NCBI GenBank assembly: GCA_965649765.1
Contig: OZ287749.1
Span: 31,124,001-31,188,000 of the forward strand
Length of the DNA stretch: 64,000 nucleotides
Reading direction: 5' to 3'
Origin: Bispira polyomma
Lineage: Eukaryota
The translations under genes were made by a program, and so were the position numbers. Under the pieces are notes generated by a model. That model searched no databases. It saw nothing but the letters and a program-made list of their open reading frames with translations, and was not told the origin of the DNA. Positions 54,301-64,000 of the stretch are shown in pieces; position 1 is the first letter of the stretch; each line of letters begins with the position of its first letter.

Positions 54301-57300
54301 GTAAGTCTGCACTATGTCTTATTCCTGTAGAATCCAATAGTCTATGGTAAGTCTGTAGTTTGTCTAATTCTTGTATAAATCCACTAGTCTATCGTAAGTC
54401 TGCCCTGTGTCTAAGTTTTGTAGAATAGAATAGTCTATGGTAAGTCTGTACTATGTCTTATTCCTGTAGAATCCAATAGTATATGCTAACTCTGCTGTGT
54501 GTCTAATTTTTTATAAATCCACTAGTCTATGGTAAGTCTGACCTGTGTCTAATTTTTGTAGATTAGAATAGTCTATGGTAAGTCTGCACTATGTCTTATT
54601 CCTGTAGAATCCAATATTCTAACATGACCTGGCTGTGTCCGCGATTCTGATTGGCTGAACTCTAAAAAAAAATAACCATATATGCACGAACCGAAGTAGT
54701 CTAAGTTCGTCTGCAGTGCCAAATGGATATAGTTCTATAATAAGGTAACATGCTATACTGTAATTTTTAGCACTCTTGGAGCTTAGTCTATGGTAAGTCT
54801 GAACTGTGTCTTATTCCTTTAGAATCCAATAGTCCATGGTAAGTCTGCACTATGTCTGATCCCTGTAGAATCAAATAGTCTATGGTAAGTCTATAATGTC
54901 TCTAATTCCTGTATAATCCAATATTATCTATGTTAATTATGTGCTGTGTCTAATTCCTGTGAAAATAGAATAATCTATGACGAGTCTAGGTTGTGTCTAA
55001 CACCTGTATGAATCAAATAGTATATGTTAAGTCTCTACTGCATCTAATACCTGTGAAAATAGAATAGTCTATGGTAAGTCTAGGTTGTGTCTAATACCAG
55101 TGTGAATTCATTGGTATATGGTAGGATCTTGCTGTGTCTAACCCTCTGTATGAGAATACCATATTCTACAGTTTGTCTAGGTTGTGGCTGTAGGTAAATC
55201 CTTTCTGTGGCTACAAAATGTATATGATCACAAATAGCTATGAATGTTGTATCCAGTTTGCTGTATGAATCTGATATCTCCTTGCTGTGCCTAAGTATAT
55301 GGAAAATTGCTGCTGTGTTATCGTGACTCCATTCTGTGTGAATCCAATAGTTTATTGTTAAGTCTTTCTTTATGAATGTATCTGTCCCTTGTATCAATAC
55401 AACAGTAAACCATCATAAATACTGTGGTATAAACCAAAATTGTATCTATGTAATCAATGATTGGTACAATAAAGCACTAGCTTATTTTTACACCACTTGA
55501 TAAGTTGAAAGGAGTTTAACCCAGTTTTTGATATACATTGCTGTCACCTTCAACATTGCTTAAACCGCCAATATTGACTTATGCTACTTAAGTAATGGAT
55601 TGTAATGTCACTATGTTCTGTGTCTAAATCTATCTTGATAATGATGTGTTTGGAAGTAGGTTTGCCCTTATGTAATCATGGTGTGTTCATTTGGTTATCT
55701 CTGGACTAAATGTAAGCAATGTAATAATTTCCGAAATTACCAATCTAAACCAAATGGGTCTTCTAAATACCACAAGTTGTGGTCATTTTGAAATTTGGTA
55801 TCTAGTTTACGTTTCAGAATCCTTTGTTTATCATTCTTATCAAATACACTCTGAACAAAAACTATTACCAATGTTTTATAAAGAACATATTATTCTATAA
55901 TAGTTAATACATGTAAAGTCATTAAAGTTAAAAATGATAGGATACACATATTATTTTCTTAATGCATGTGTGTATATGCATTTTTCATAAGTTTATTAAA
56001 ATCATTTCAGAACTCATATTTAGGGAAAGAGATAAATCATTTAAAACCTTAAAATCTCTTTAAAAAACTTAAGGCAATATCATCTAAATATAATAGTGGA
56101 GCCCACTATTTAACTGTTTTGAATGCAATGATTAATTAAGTAGATCAAAACTGGGAAACAGTAGTCTATATGTGTCATCAGGAGGAAGATAGGTGTGTAG
56201 TAGAACATTTCTGTTGAGACATTCACCCCTTAGTTTGAATAAATGTGGATAAATTTTTAAGCTTGTACAAAGACGGCCAGATTTATTGCTAGATGGAACT
56301 AATACCCCACAGGTAAGTACATGACTTGTACCTTTCCACACAGTATGGAATTCGTGGGAGTCAATTCACTAATCACTACCTCAGAAGTGAAAGCCTATTT
56401 TAAAGCAGTCGCGATACAGGACTTTTGATTTTGTGCAATAAAAAAAACTGTCAATTATTGCTGTTATTTACTTTTCCTATTTGGCTTCTTTTCTTGGTTG
56501 TGTGTTTAATTGATGTGCAATAAAATGTCAATTATTGCTACAGTAGAGGTTGACATTAAATTACTTCTTCCAACCAAACTGAAACCTTTTTTAAAGTAAC
56601 TATTACAAAATAGTTCTTCCTCTACTCTTATCAACACGTTTCTCAAAGCATCTATTACAAAACATAAACAATCTGGTGACACAAATACATGACTTAGTGT
56701 CCTGTGTTTCCATATCACGGTACCACTTTGTGTAGCAAGATTTAATCGTCAAACAGTCAAGCTCTAACTCAGACTCAACCGAAATGAAGACTATTGAGAA
56801 ATCTGTGTGTTATGGTGCAACTAATCTGTAGTTTGTACCATTCCTTTTCCATTGAGACAACCTTGCTAAATTCATATATGCAATTAGATTTCACTTAACT
56901 TCACCCCAGCTAGAGAGATAAGGGGGCTTGAGATTTGAGTCTCAGTCTTGGAGATTTTGTTTGGAGAATACGCCCACTCCAGACAGCAGAGGGATTAATA
57001 AGTGGCAGTTACGTGACACCTAGCAGATATATATATATATTTATGTTCTGGTCACACCTACACGTTCTAGAACTCCTTTTGTGTCACGTTGAGTTGATTT
57101 TAGAAACGTTTGGAAACTTAGTAGGAAGTGAGGATCCCTGGTGTGTTTGTTCCGTGAAGTTGATTAACGGATGGTATTGTTCCGGAAACGTCTCCGTTTC
57201 GTCATCTGCGTGTAGTGTTTCAAACTGTTTGAAACACTACAGTCACAGCTCCTGTTTCTCCCCGTTTCTCTGTTTGTCCCCGAACATTTCTGAAAGTAGC

Positions 57301-59934
57301 ATAGACGTAGCATAGACGTAAGTAGCTATATGTAGTAGTAGGTAGCAAGGAAGTCCCAGTAAGTAGAGAGATCGTCTTCACTAAGTAGAAAGATCGTCTT
57401 CACTAAGTACAGAAGGCAGCAGAACGCAGCCGTGAGTAGCAGTACATTAGCTCTACGTAGTAGTAGATAGTGATATACTACCAGTAAAGGGTCTGTTTTT
57501 TGTTCCCTCTTCATGTGTACAAGTACCAACATCGTCACGTAACGTCATGAAACGTCACAATCAACTGCACCTTTATGGAAATGATGTCACTTTGATACAA
57601 TGTTACCACATTTTCACTGTATATTGCTCAGGTACGTTGGGGGACGTTAGCATGTGTAGGTGTGACCAGGCCATTAGGTACTAGTTCTGTTAGTATTGAT
57701 CTTGTCCCAAAATACAAGAGTTTTCCTGAAAACAGAGTTCTCTTTTTAAAAAGATAATGGTGCACAGTGTGTCCATCTCGATTGCTTCCAACCAATCCAT
57801 GAAGGCCTTACATATTATTTCCAACATTGTGGCAGTATCATTCTGTGCCTGATAATCGGCTGATACTATTAATCTGACATACCTCAGTTTTGCCGGGTCG
57901 GTTGCTTCCAACCAATCCATGAAGGCCTTGCATATGATTTCCAACGTAACAGCAATATCAGGCTTTGCCTGATAATCTAAATCTGAGATACCTCATTTTT
58001 GCCGGTTCGATTGGTTCAAAGTAATTCATTGCCACCACTTGCCTGGAGTAGATTTCACAACTAGGTGACACAGATGAGTTTGAGCTTGCACTTGTCACAG
58101 CAATCACAGTTAAAACTGCCGTATACTTCAAAAAGGCTTCAACATGATCTTAGCATAAGTTGACCTTGGTTTTATGTCTCTCTCCAGAATATTCACCCTG
58201 AGGTGTGTGTTCTTGAGAAAAATGAGATTTAACTCATGTGGAGCTATCCTTCTAGAGGTCAAAGACCTAGACTTGTGATCATTTTGAAATAGCAGCACTG
58301 ATTTTTTGTATAAAATTTGATTTCACCAGTAACAAATATGGAGACCCCAGGGTTGAGCTTGGGTACAACAGGGGTTTCTTGATATTTAAAGCTTATCTCA
58401 GACCTACGCTTTAACAGAACCTTTCCCTAGCTCTGGCAACAGGAAAGATACTTAAAATCTGACATGCAAATTTGAATTCAGCTTTGAAAGATCTATTCAA
58501 ATAATAGGTTAAAGTTAGTTCTTGTTTCTGGATACAAAAAAAACTCACTTGTAGTGTCTGCATTTAAGCTTGAGTTTCTTTGGAGAGTACTGACCTGGAA
58601 TGTTGCTAATTAGCAACTCCAATGACTGAAAAGACCCGTTGCTTTCCAATATTAAATGCCCTTCTGCATCACCTCCGATACAACAATAGATTCATTTGAT
58701 TAACTAGGCCAGATACAAAATGGTTCATTTCCTCTCTTTGTCTTCACTTGTGTCCTTTGACGACTCAGATCTAACAAATTTAATAAACTTCCCCGAGATC
58801 CTTTTTCATTCAATCACTCCAAGTGTACTGTCATCTATTGTAACTAGTTCCTTTCAGCCGTTTCTTCTCTTTTGTATCTGTATTTCTGATTTTGTACAAT
58901 GATTTTGTAAAAAAAATACAAAGTTTGTAAAAAATTGATGCAAATCAAAACATTTTAATTGTCTTAGACTTTAGACAGGACACAAATGAGTTGTTGTTTT
59001 TTTTTAAAAGATTATCTACAATTTTATTAAAAACAGAATCTTACATTATGCATTTTTGGATGTAGGGGTTGAAAGCTTTTGTAGGATTGTTAATCCATTT
59101 GCAATTCAGAAATTTTTGTATTTTAATATAGTTTGAAAACAAAGTTATTTTCCTTTATAGGTGTGCCATTAACATAAATGAAGTGGTTTATGTTTGAAAG
59201 TTGTTATGTATCGTGTGATAGCATCTATATTGCTTGGATCAAATACAGAATATTAACATTGAGGTGTAACTAATACCTTCATATCACTAAAATCAAATCC
59301 TCAGGTAATTGGTTCAAGTTACGTAATCTAACTTTCTAACTCTCATCTACAGTGGCAAAAAGTGAAAAAAATACCTAGATCAGGAATCTTGGCTCAGTTA
59401 AAAATTAAATTTCCTTTGAGAAAAAAAATAAAGATACATCCATTTGTATTTTGAATGTTACTAGATATTACTGGATTACAAGCTAAAGTAATGTTGTATG
59501 TTGTAAATACTTATATTCTTTCATCCATTTTGTATCTCTCAACATGGTTTAGAATCATGTTTCACTGCTAAAAGACACTTGTGGCCACTCAGGTTCTTCC
59601 TTTTGCAAATTAATGCTCACCTTGGAATCATAAAATTAAGTTGTTTGTCAAGATTACAAAAAATACCAGTGAAGGTTGAAAAATGTAGTTGCCCCTTTTA
59701 TCATGTTAAATTACAAAAAAAAAATCGATTTACTGTTTTCTAGGTATGTTCACCACAGTGTTCCAGAAGGAATTCATGAGATACTTCGGCTGGTTGCTCT
59801 GCTGCACCAAAAGAGGAAACCAGATGAGCAAGATAAGAGGACGAGAGAATGGAATACGCCGCATCCATTATAGACCCCCAGTACACCGCTATAGACACAG
59901 GCCAGATTGTATACAGCTGAAGCCACTTACTTAG
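14785..59934 (+). CDS. GnRH-receptor-superfamily GPCR (adipokinetic hormone/ACP receptor-like), 6 coding exons, 416 aa: join(14785..15372,16576..16792,17557..17658,50882..50945,54072..54160,59744..59934)
   Basis: Exon lengths 588+217+102+64+89+191=1251 nt give one open frame with GT-AG introns of phases 0,1,1,2,1. Motifs: GN in TM1, [18 protein letters not shown]2 [20 protein letters not shown] and a C-tail CC. TM2-TM3 ([29 protein letters not shown]) resembles insect AKH receptors more than corazonin receptors (from recall, not a search). Confidence 0.9.
16295..16530 (+). mobile_element. Degenerate tRNA-derived SINE
   Basis: B-box-like gtttgaatcg; core tttgcagttacttgctgatggtctctggttt; 3' end gatatgaccta...gcgacgttaaacccaaatt related to the SINE at 5407-5662. 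Confidence 0.55.
16576..16792 (+). CDS. AKHR/GnRHR-like coding exon 2 (ECL2, TM5)
   Basis: Acceptor ctttttcag|; translation [42 protein letters not shown]; donor G|GTATAC, phase 1. Confidence 0.9.
17557..17658 (+). CDS. AKHR/GnRHR-like coding exon 3 (ICL3, start of TM6)
   Basis: Acceptor ctttaccactag|; translation [34 protein letters not shown], the family-typical KAR.RTLKMT motif; donor G|GTAAGT. Confidence 0.9.
19727..19945. mobile_element. Helentron-associated non-autonomous element (HINE/DINE-like)
   Basis: Begins aactagaacactcagtagagc, has subterminal cttcaccaa / ttggtagatg and a (caaa)n microsatellite. The related end attacctccaccaaggaggtcatg occurs at about 43662. Confidence 0.4.
24185..24500 (+). 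mobile_element. Degenerate tRNA-derived SINE
   Basis: A-box-like tagctcaactgttag and B-box-like ggatcaaatcc. Confidence 0.4.
26305..26465 (+). repeat. About 60-bp tandem repeat x2.5 in the 5' UTR of element B
   Basis: tttattggtaacaccggatttgtgtt(t)cagagagattttata repeated at about 26311, 26370 and 26430. Confidence 0.75.
26577..27934 (+). pseudogene. Element B gag (single frame with premature stops)
   Basis: ORFs 26558..27058, 27059..27406 and 27482..27934 are in the same frame, separated by point stops; C-terminal Cys/His zinc fingers. Confidence 0.85.
29253..31182 (+). pseudogene. Element B RT/RNase H
   Basis: ORFs 29253..30191, 30173..30640, 30544..30738 and 30799..31182 carry RT and RH motifs across frameshifts. 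Confidence 0.9.
31220..32180 (+). pseudogene. Element B tyrosine recombinase (C-terminal frameshifts)
   Basis: N-terminal core-binding region ([13 protein letters not shown]), FRISNL, RWTKS, LCP; the HAFR and HGT motifs are shifted out of frame near 32010-32100. Confidence 0.88.
32520..32650 (-). pseudogene. Cys-rich C-terminus of a Ginger2-like integrase/transposase
   Basis: GFTK...[22 protein letters not shown], with a 1-nt deletion before CKNK*. Confidence 0.7.
32733..33376 (-). repeat. Split direct repeat B2 (3' end of element C)
   Basis: 644-bp copy of B1. Confidence 0.93.
34015..34179 (-). repeat. Split direct repeat A2
   Basis: Copy of A1 with three CpG-type transitions. Confidence 0.92.
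34180..34823 (-). repeat. Split direct repeat B1
   Basis: Starts about 10 nt after the YR stop; 644-bp copy of B2. Confidence 0.93.
34834..35819 (-). CDS. Element C tyrosine recombinase (intact ORF)
   Basis: Open frame of about 328 codons with the full catalytic set: R (FLRLSN), K (WSKT), HxxR (HAFRR), H/W (HGTW) and Y (WRY). Confidence 0.93.
35854..38340 (-). pseudogene. Element C RT/RNase H (two frameshifts, catalytic DD deleted)
   Basis: ORFs 37882..38340, 37149..37970 and 35854..37152; [21 protein letters not shown]; NYI[--]LAV in place of YIDD; RNase H DAC/LEM/CDN/IADLLSR intact. Confidence 0.92.
38313..39068 (-). CDS. Element C gag-like ORF (lacks the N-terminal knuckle present in element A)
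   Basis: 251 aa: [49 protein letters not shown]...H....C. Confidence 0.85.
   Translation of the reverse strand: MSQMMEKMDQRVQLAEVTLAVDGNKKQASNLNSSDNSVTNTTAVVDPPIIEENVQNVVPSVDFLRNNTQIQSQVELRLAELKHLNEAPSQGKLKSQRGGGVDVVIKSVVEWPQNHVLTGSFRARPTYDDLSMTQWVCGFTRIIQEEKCNSVRETMLDYMSNLMEDAEDFSWEAAKACHAVIMTHMEMDKLSWSNVEKLDRLRRAHAQRHVSNNSVVHTTSHKTGNTFFKHVYETCRGNHKNSTCTKKGLKN
39100..39256. repeat. About 80-bp tandem duplication in the 5' UTR of element C
   Basis: atattgc(a/t)ggctggttt..tagca(t/c)ataaaacggctc...cccttatagggacgagta occurs twice. Confidence 0.8.
39365..39529 (-). repeat. Split direct repeat A1 (5' end; candidate promoter with TATATAAA and a GC-rich hairpin)
   Basis: Direct copy of 34015-34179; minus strand has ccccagc...gctgggg and tatataaag. 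Confidence 0.92.
40888..41443 (+). mobile_element. 5'-truncated copy of the PIF/Harbinger-like MITE at 57044-57673
   Basis: Colinear match from gtaggaagtgaggatccctgg to gtgtaggtgtgacaaggaca|tta. Confidence 0.8.
42897..43471. mobile_element. Foldback MITE with long (about 130-170 bp) inverted arms
   Basis: gaagtcttacccagtgtca...atcaggaacgatagccataacaaactt (about 42950-43015) is the reverse complement of about 43340-43410; termini catgtctcc / ggagacatg. Confidence 0.8.
44003..44150 (+). mobile_element. Degenerate tRNA-derived SINE head and core
   Basis: A-box-like tggtgtagt, B-box-like gggttccaatct, and core ttgctgaaggcctatggtttt. Confidence 0.45.
46795..47148 (-). mobile_element. tRNA-derived SINE of a second family (Deu/Nin-like core by recall)
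   Basis: Minus strand: gctctcccgtggcctaattgttaggg (A box), gggtcctattcc (B-box-like), then ggatgaccacttaaaatggcggtcc. Confidence 0.6.
47496..47850 (-). repeat. Relic B-repeat-like segment with AAGGT(C/G)AC motifs
   Basis: Starts cagtgc like the element C B end; contains taggtcaccct and ggtaaggtgacttaaggtcacctta. Confidence 0.5.
49130..49632. mobile_element. MITE with short TIRs and internal AAGATAAGTC repeats (Harbinger-like)
   Basis: ctgttccactat (49135-49146) and atagtggaacag (49616-49627), with TAA flanks. Confidence 0.55.
49905..50130 (+). mobile_element. Degenerate tRNA-derived SINE
   Basis: Head homologous to the 46795-47148 SINE head (tagggagt.ggtctg.t.atcaga), B-box-like agttcaactcc, and core ccttgggtaagat. 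Confidence 0.5.
50882..50945 (+). CDS. AKHR/GnRHR-like coding exon 4 (TM6)
   Basis: Long polypyrimidine tract ending ttttttcag|; translation [21 protein letters not shown]; donor AG|GTAAGT. Too short for the ORF track. Confidence 0.92.
51420..51960 (-). mobile_element. L2-clade LINE 3' fragment
   Basis: [16 protein letters not shown]....INKLQSI; LQETTLAS (frameshifted LHWL); [14 protein letters not shown]; (aatac)n tail. Confidence 0.8.
53150..53340 (+). repeat. Relic B-repeat-like motif cluster in intron 4
   Basis: agggccactt, taaggttaccct and aaggtggccttaaattaaggtcag. Confidence 0.45.
54072..54160 (+). CDS. AKHR/GnRHR-like coding exon 5 (TM7)
   Basis: Acceptor ttttacag|; translation [30 protein letters not shown]; donor G|GTAAGT. 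Confidence 0.92.
54125..55150 (+). repeat. 46-47-bp minisatellite derived from the 3' end of exon 5 plus its splice donor (about 18 units)
   Basis: Unit ctgtgtctaattcctgtatgaatccaatagtctatg|gtaagtctgca, with starts at 54125, 54172, 54219 and onward; divergence rises distally. Confidence 0.95.
54617..54783. mobile_element. 167-bp insertion with TA duplication inside the minisatellite
   Basis: A unit is split as ccaaTA|insert|TAgtctatgg; the insert contains gattctgattggctga. Confidence 0.6.
57044..57673 (+). mobile_element. PIF/Harbinger-like MITE, 630 bp
   Basis: TIRs tgttctggtcacacctacacg / tgtgtaggtgtgaccaggcca; TTA target duplication at 57041-57043 and 57674-57676; second copy at 40888-41443. 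Confidence 0.85.
59744..59934 (+). CDS. AKHR/GnRHR-like coding exon 6 (helix 8 and C-terminal tail)
   Basis: Acceptor tgttttctag|, phase 1 matching exon 5; translation [24 protein letters not shown]...KPLT*, with a helix-8-like F..EF and a CC candidate palmitoylation site. Confidence 0.85.
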
Positions 59935-60014
59935 GGCTCGAAACACATTACTTTATGGATAAATCTGGATATTATTGGCTAAAATTATAAGGTACTAGCA
60001 GAATGCTACAAGGA

Positions 60015-60590
60015 TGAAAGCTGTCATTGTTACATCTGTAAGGCAATTGACGAATGGTGTTCAAATAAAGATGTCATTGTTACATATGTAAGGCAATTGG
60101 ACAATGGTGTATGAATAAAGCTGTCATTGTTACATATGTAAGACACTGGGGCAATGGTGTATGAATATAGCTGCCATTGTTACATATGTGAGGTAATTGG
60201 ACAATGCTGAATTAATAAAGTTGTCATTGTTACATATGTAAGGCAATTGGACAATGCTGAATGAATAAAGTTGTCATTGTTACATCTGTAAGGCAATTGG
60301 ACAATGGTGTATGAATAAAGCTGCCATTGTTACATCTGTAAGGCAATTGACGAATGGTGTTCGAATAAAAATATCATCGTTACATATGTTAGGCACTTGC
60401 ACAATTCTGTATAAATAAAATTGTTACACATTTAAAACTGTTGCACAATGCTTTGTGAATAAAGCTGTCATTGTTACTTATGTAAGGCACTTGCACAATC
60501 CTATATGAAAAAAAACTGTCATTGTTACTTATATAAGGCACTTGCACAATTCTGTATGGCTAACGCAGTTATCGTTTGTTAGATATGTAT
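60015..60590 (+). repeat. 50-bp minisatellite in the receptor 3' UTR (about 11 units), most units carrying AATAAA
   Basis: Exact 50-bp period of tgtcattgttaca at 60022, 60072, 60122 and onward; AATAAA at about 60064, 60114, 60214, 60264, 60314, 60364, 60414 and 60458. Confidence 0.95.
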
Positions 60591-60739
60591 GGTATTAGGA
60601 CAATACTGCATCAATACAGCAGTCAATGTTTGGTATATATGTTATACATTAGCCAGAATGCTATACAAATAAAGCAGCCATTGTGTGTAACGGTTGGTAT
60701 CTGTAAGTTTGTCACAGGAAGTAAATCATTGATTCTTTA

Positions 60740-60792
60740 CAAAAATACAACATTCTTTAAAAATACAACATTCTTTAAAAATACAACATTCT
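60740..60792 (+). repeat. 18-bp tandem repeat x3 (aaaaatacaacattcttt)
   Basis: Direct reading. Confidence 0.85.
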
Positions 60793-60889
60793 GTGAGTGT
60801 CTCAAGATGTCATAGCTTACCATAGACAGGAAATACTCAGCTCTTGCTAAATGGCATATTCAACTAAACTGAAGAATTACAACATTACC

Positions 60890-61093
60890 ATATCGTTTAA
60901 ACTGCTCAACAGTTTAGGTCATATCACAATGATCAGTGTCAATGCTTGAGGAAACCAGTGTTGAAGCGTTGTAAACCACCAACCTGGCAAACTTCCTCCT
61001 CGCATGAAGGAACGAACAGGAATTTAACTCACATTGGTGATAGACCAGTGATTGGGAAGCGATCACTTGAAACCACAATGTCACCACGGTGCT
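60890..61093 (-). mobile_element. Degenerate tRNA-derived SINE related to 5407-5662
   Basis: Shares gaggaaac, agaccagt.attg.gaagcg and aaccac...caccacgg with the 5407 copy. Confidence 0.65.
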
Positions 61094-63087
61094 TGAAACT
61101 GCTCAAAATGCAATATTTAGATGTTGTAGGTATTTAAAAAGACTTCTTCTCCAATGTTCATAACGTGGCTTGTCATCTGATGACATTTTGTAGCTGTTAT
61201 TGAAACAATAGTGATCACACAAATTATCACACTGTAAAATATATAGCACATACGTATATGTGAGTTAAAAAATGCATATCTGAATGTGAGTTAATGTTAT
61301 TGAGAAGCATGGTTTTAGCAAAATGAGATTTATGAATTTTTTTACTGTAAATTAAACCATAATCATCAAGTGTACACCAATGTATCCTTGTTGAAACAAT
61401 ACATCTATTTAATATGTGCCTACATATATTTGTTAAAAATGATGTCCTGTCTAGGTGATCCGTATGTAGTGTGAGTTAAAAATGAGTTAATGACCTTACA
61501 TAGATACTGCCCAGTTACTAACTTTATGTGTATTAGAGATAGAACTGAAAGTTATTACCTTATGGAGTTACAACAACAAAGTCAATTACACACTGTATAT
61601 ATCAGTAGATGTAAAGAGATACATGGGTTCCAGTGTATTCAGCAAAAAGCCGTTTCTGTGTTTTAAAAGTGTTATTAGAGCAAAGCACCTTGATAGTCTT
61701 TATATGCCTGCTAGTGTCTTCAATTGTCCTGTCTAATGAATAGTGTTTCTTTCCTTTGAGACAAATGACACTTTAATCCAATATTTTTTTATTACTGTAA
61801 AATGTCTATATTTCAGAGGCTAACTCCTGTTATTGTATCCACTGGGTCCAATCTAGTGGATGTTGTGCATTGCACACAGCTATGCCTCTGCTGGCCATAA
61901 AAAATGGTTTGTCTCCCTACCACTCACACAACTAAACTTTAGTGGGCATCTTCACCATCTTTCCCTGTGATGTTTGTTGTAAATGTAGCTGGCTTCTGTA
62001 ACTTCATAGCCTCATTCCTAAATGGGTTTAGAAAAAAAATTACCTTTCCTCTGTGTAACTATTGGGGATTGGATTTTTGGTTGTTCACCCTTTTTATGTG
62101 AAAAAAGTGTCAGATGTCTGGGCCTGTAGCTAAGCGTGTATTATAAACAAAATTAGCATTAGACTTTAAACTTAGAAACTATTGCCCAATGGGTGGGTTT
62201 GTCAGCTATGTTGTTCAGCAACCTTTAAAGTTACATTTTAACAAAGTTCCAGAGGTCTGTTGCCAGTGAAGAATCCCCACCATTGGTAGTTAGTTAACAA
62301 AGAGGAATCTAGAGGGTAGTTACTGTATTATTGATGGGTTGTGTGTGACAATAAATCAAGTTTCTCATTGTCTGTGCCAATGTTTGTCCAGTAACATTTT
62401 CTGTAAGTGGACATTGCATTGCTTTACAGTATGATTATCTAGTTTCCTTTTCCTTTACATTAGATTAGTGATAGCAGGTGAAATCTTTGTCACACTTGAA
62501 TAAACATTAGTTATATTGTGTCTTTTGAAAACATTATTTGTCATATTCTTTAAACAAGACAACATATCCTTCTTTGCAAAGAGTTTCCATGTGTATTAAA
62601 TGTTATGCAATGCCATTTGATACACAGTAGCTGACTGTAGACGTATCTTTAACTGATGATATATTATATGGGGAAAGTTTCATGTTATTATTGTCCTGTA
62701 TTTGTTTTGTATTTCTTGAAAGTCAGTCATATTAAAAGTACTCAAAAGACATATATCTGTTTATCTCTTCACCTTTGTGTTCTATCGAGTCAATGAGCCA
62801 GCAACCGGTTTAAGAGTTTGTTTCAGAAAATAATAAAATAACTTTAACAACTAATTCCTATGATGAATTGTCAATTGTTGATATATATTCTTTAGCGTGC
62901 CAGCACCAAAATGCCCTCAGAGTGCTGATGTGTAATTTTGCATAGCATTTTAAAATTCGTCATCACCCTTTAGCATATGAAAATATTAATCAGCTTTTAT
63001 TTCTACTGTCATATTGTATGTATTATTGTCATGTGACCTTCTGACACTAGACATAAGCATATTCTAAGATGAATTCAGTCACGGAGA

Positions 63088-63375
63088 CATCACTAACATG
63101 GAACAAATGTATACTTAAAGTCACTAATGTATCAGTAACATACGACAAATGCACACTTATGGTCACTAACATGGAACGAATGTATGCTTATGGTCACTAA
63201 CATGGAACAAATGTACACTTATCATCACTACTGTATCAGTAACATGCCACAAATGCACACTTATGGTCACTAATGTGGAATGAATGTACACATATGGTCA
63301 CTAATCCTCACTTTTAGAGACAAATGCCCACAAAAATGTACACAAGCTAGATACATATAGTCACTAATCCTCACG
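63088..63375 (+). repeat. Compound 31/43-bp minisatellite (ggtcactaacatggaacaaatgtacacttat)
   Basis: tcactaa recurs about 7 times with a conserved aatg(t/c)acacttat. Confidence 0.8.
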
Positions 63376-64000
63376 TTTGCAGATTTATGAAAACAAACAC
63401 ACACCTGCCATGTACTGCAACGTTTACGCCACAAACATCGCCATCTTTAACAAAAATAGGGAAAAACCCCTCAAACATCTGTAATGCTTTTTTTTTTGTT
63501 TCTGAAACATTTCAAAACGTTCCAACATAGGGCGGATTTGTTTTGTGACACATTCATGTAAATACAAGAAAATTCTACGTATTTATCAAAAGGTATTAAA
63601 ATCAAACTCAAGCTTCAAAGAATAACCTAGACGTGTTACCATGCATTTTAAGAGAGCTTTCATCGAGAAGTCAAATATGCAGACAGGAATTTGTACAGAA
63701 AAATAAAGCAGTGCATATTTTGAGATAAGTTTAAGTTTAAGGCTTTTAAATAATCTGTGCCCACATCTGCTGTTGCAAAAGAAGGGTGCTCACTTAATCA
63801 ATCAACTACAACTTGACAATTATATTTTAAGCTCTACTTTTAGGGTAAGATTGTATATACAAGTAAGACCTCTCCTTTTGTGAATTGTTGTTGTCAAAAC
63901 AGGTAAAAGTAGCAATGCAAATTACTTTTAAAATGTATGCTCATTCAACACCATACATGACACGACAAACATAAAAGTTAGGTTAAAGGAATATATTTCT

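Noticed and set aside
54125-55150. CRISPR-like appearance of the 47-bp array (also the 50-bp array at 60015)
   Set aside because: Units are head-to-tail with no unique spacers, there are no cas genes, and the context is eukaryotic; these are minisatellites.

Overview
AT-rich eukaryotic DNA from an invertebrate, most likely a mollusc or other lophotrochozoan (inferred from the receptor type and SINE content). The only intact host gene I can support is a six-coding-exon class A GPCR of the GnRH-receptor superfamily, closest in motifs to AKH/ACP receptors. Its coding exons are 14785-15372, 16576-16792, 17557-17658, 50882-50945, 54072-54160 and 59744-59934, giving 416 aa with all splice phases consistent. 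The rest is transposon-derived. There are four tyrosine-recombinase (DIRS-order, Ngaro/PAT-like) retrotransposon copies; two of them are nested inside a decayed Ginger2-like DNA transposon in the 33-kb intron 3. There are also tRNA-derived SINEs, L2/other LINE remnants and MITEs. Most notable observations: (1) two different YR-retrotransposon families share a phase-1 donor inside gag and a phase-1 acceptor at the start of the YR ORF, predicting a spliced Gag-YR fusion; (2) the best-preserved element has split direct repeats A1-B1-A2-B2 plus an extra 638-bp spacer that looks like a decayed additional gene; (3) the receptor's TM7 exon end plus splice donor is amplified into a 47-bp tandem array predicting a nearly tail-less isoform, and its 3' UTR holds a 50-bp array of AATAAA signals; (4) element-borne clusters of AAGGT(C/G)ACCTT / AGGTCA nuclear-receptor-like motifs lie in and upstream of the receptor gene. 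All counts and alignments were made by eye.
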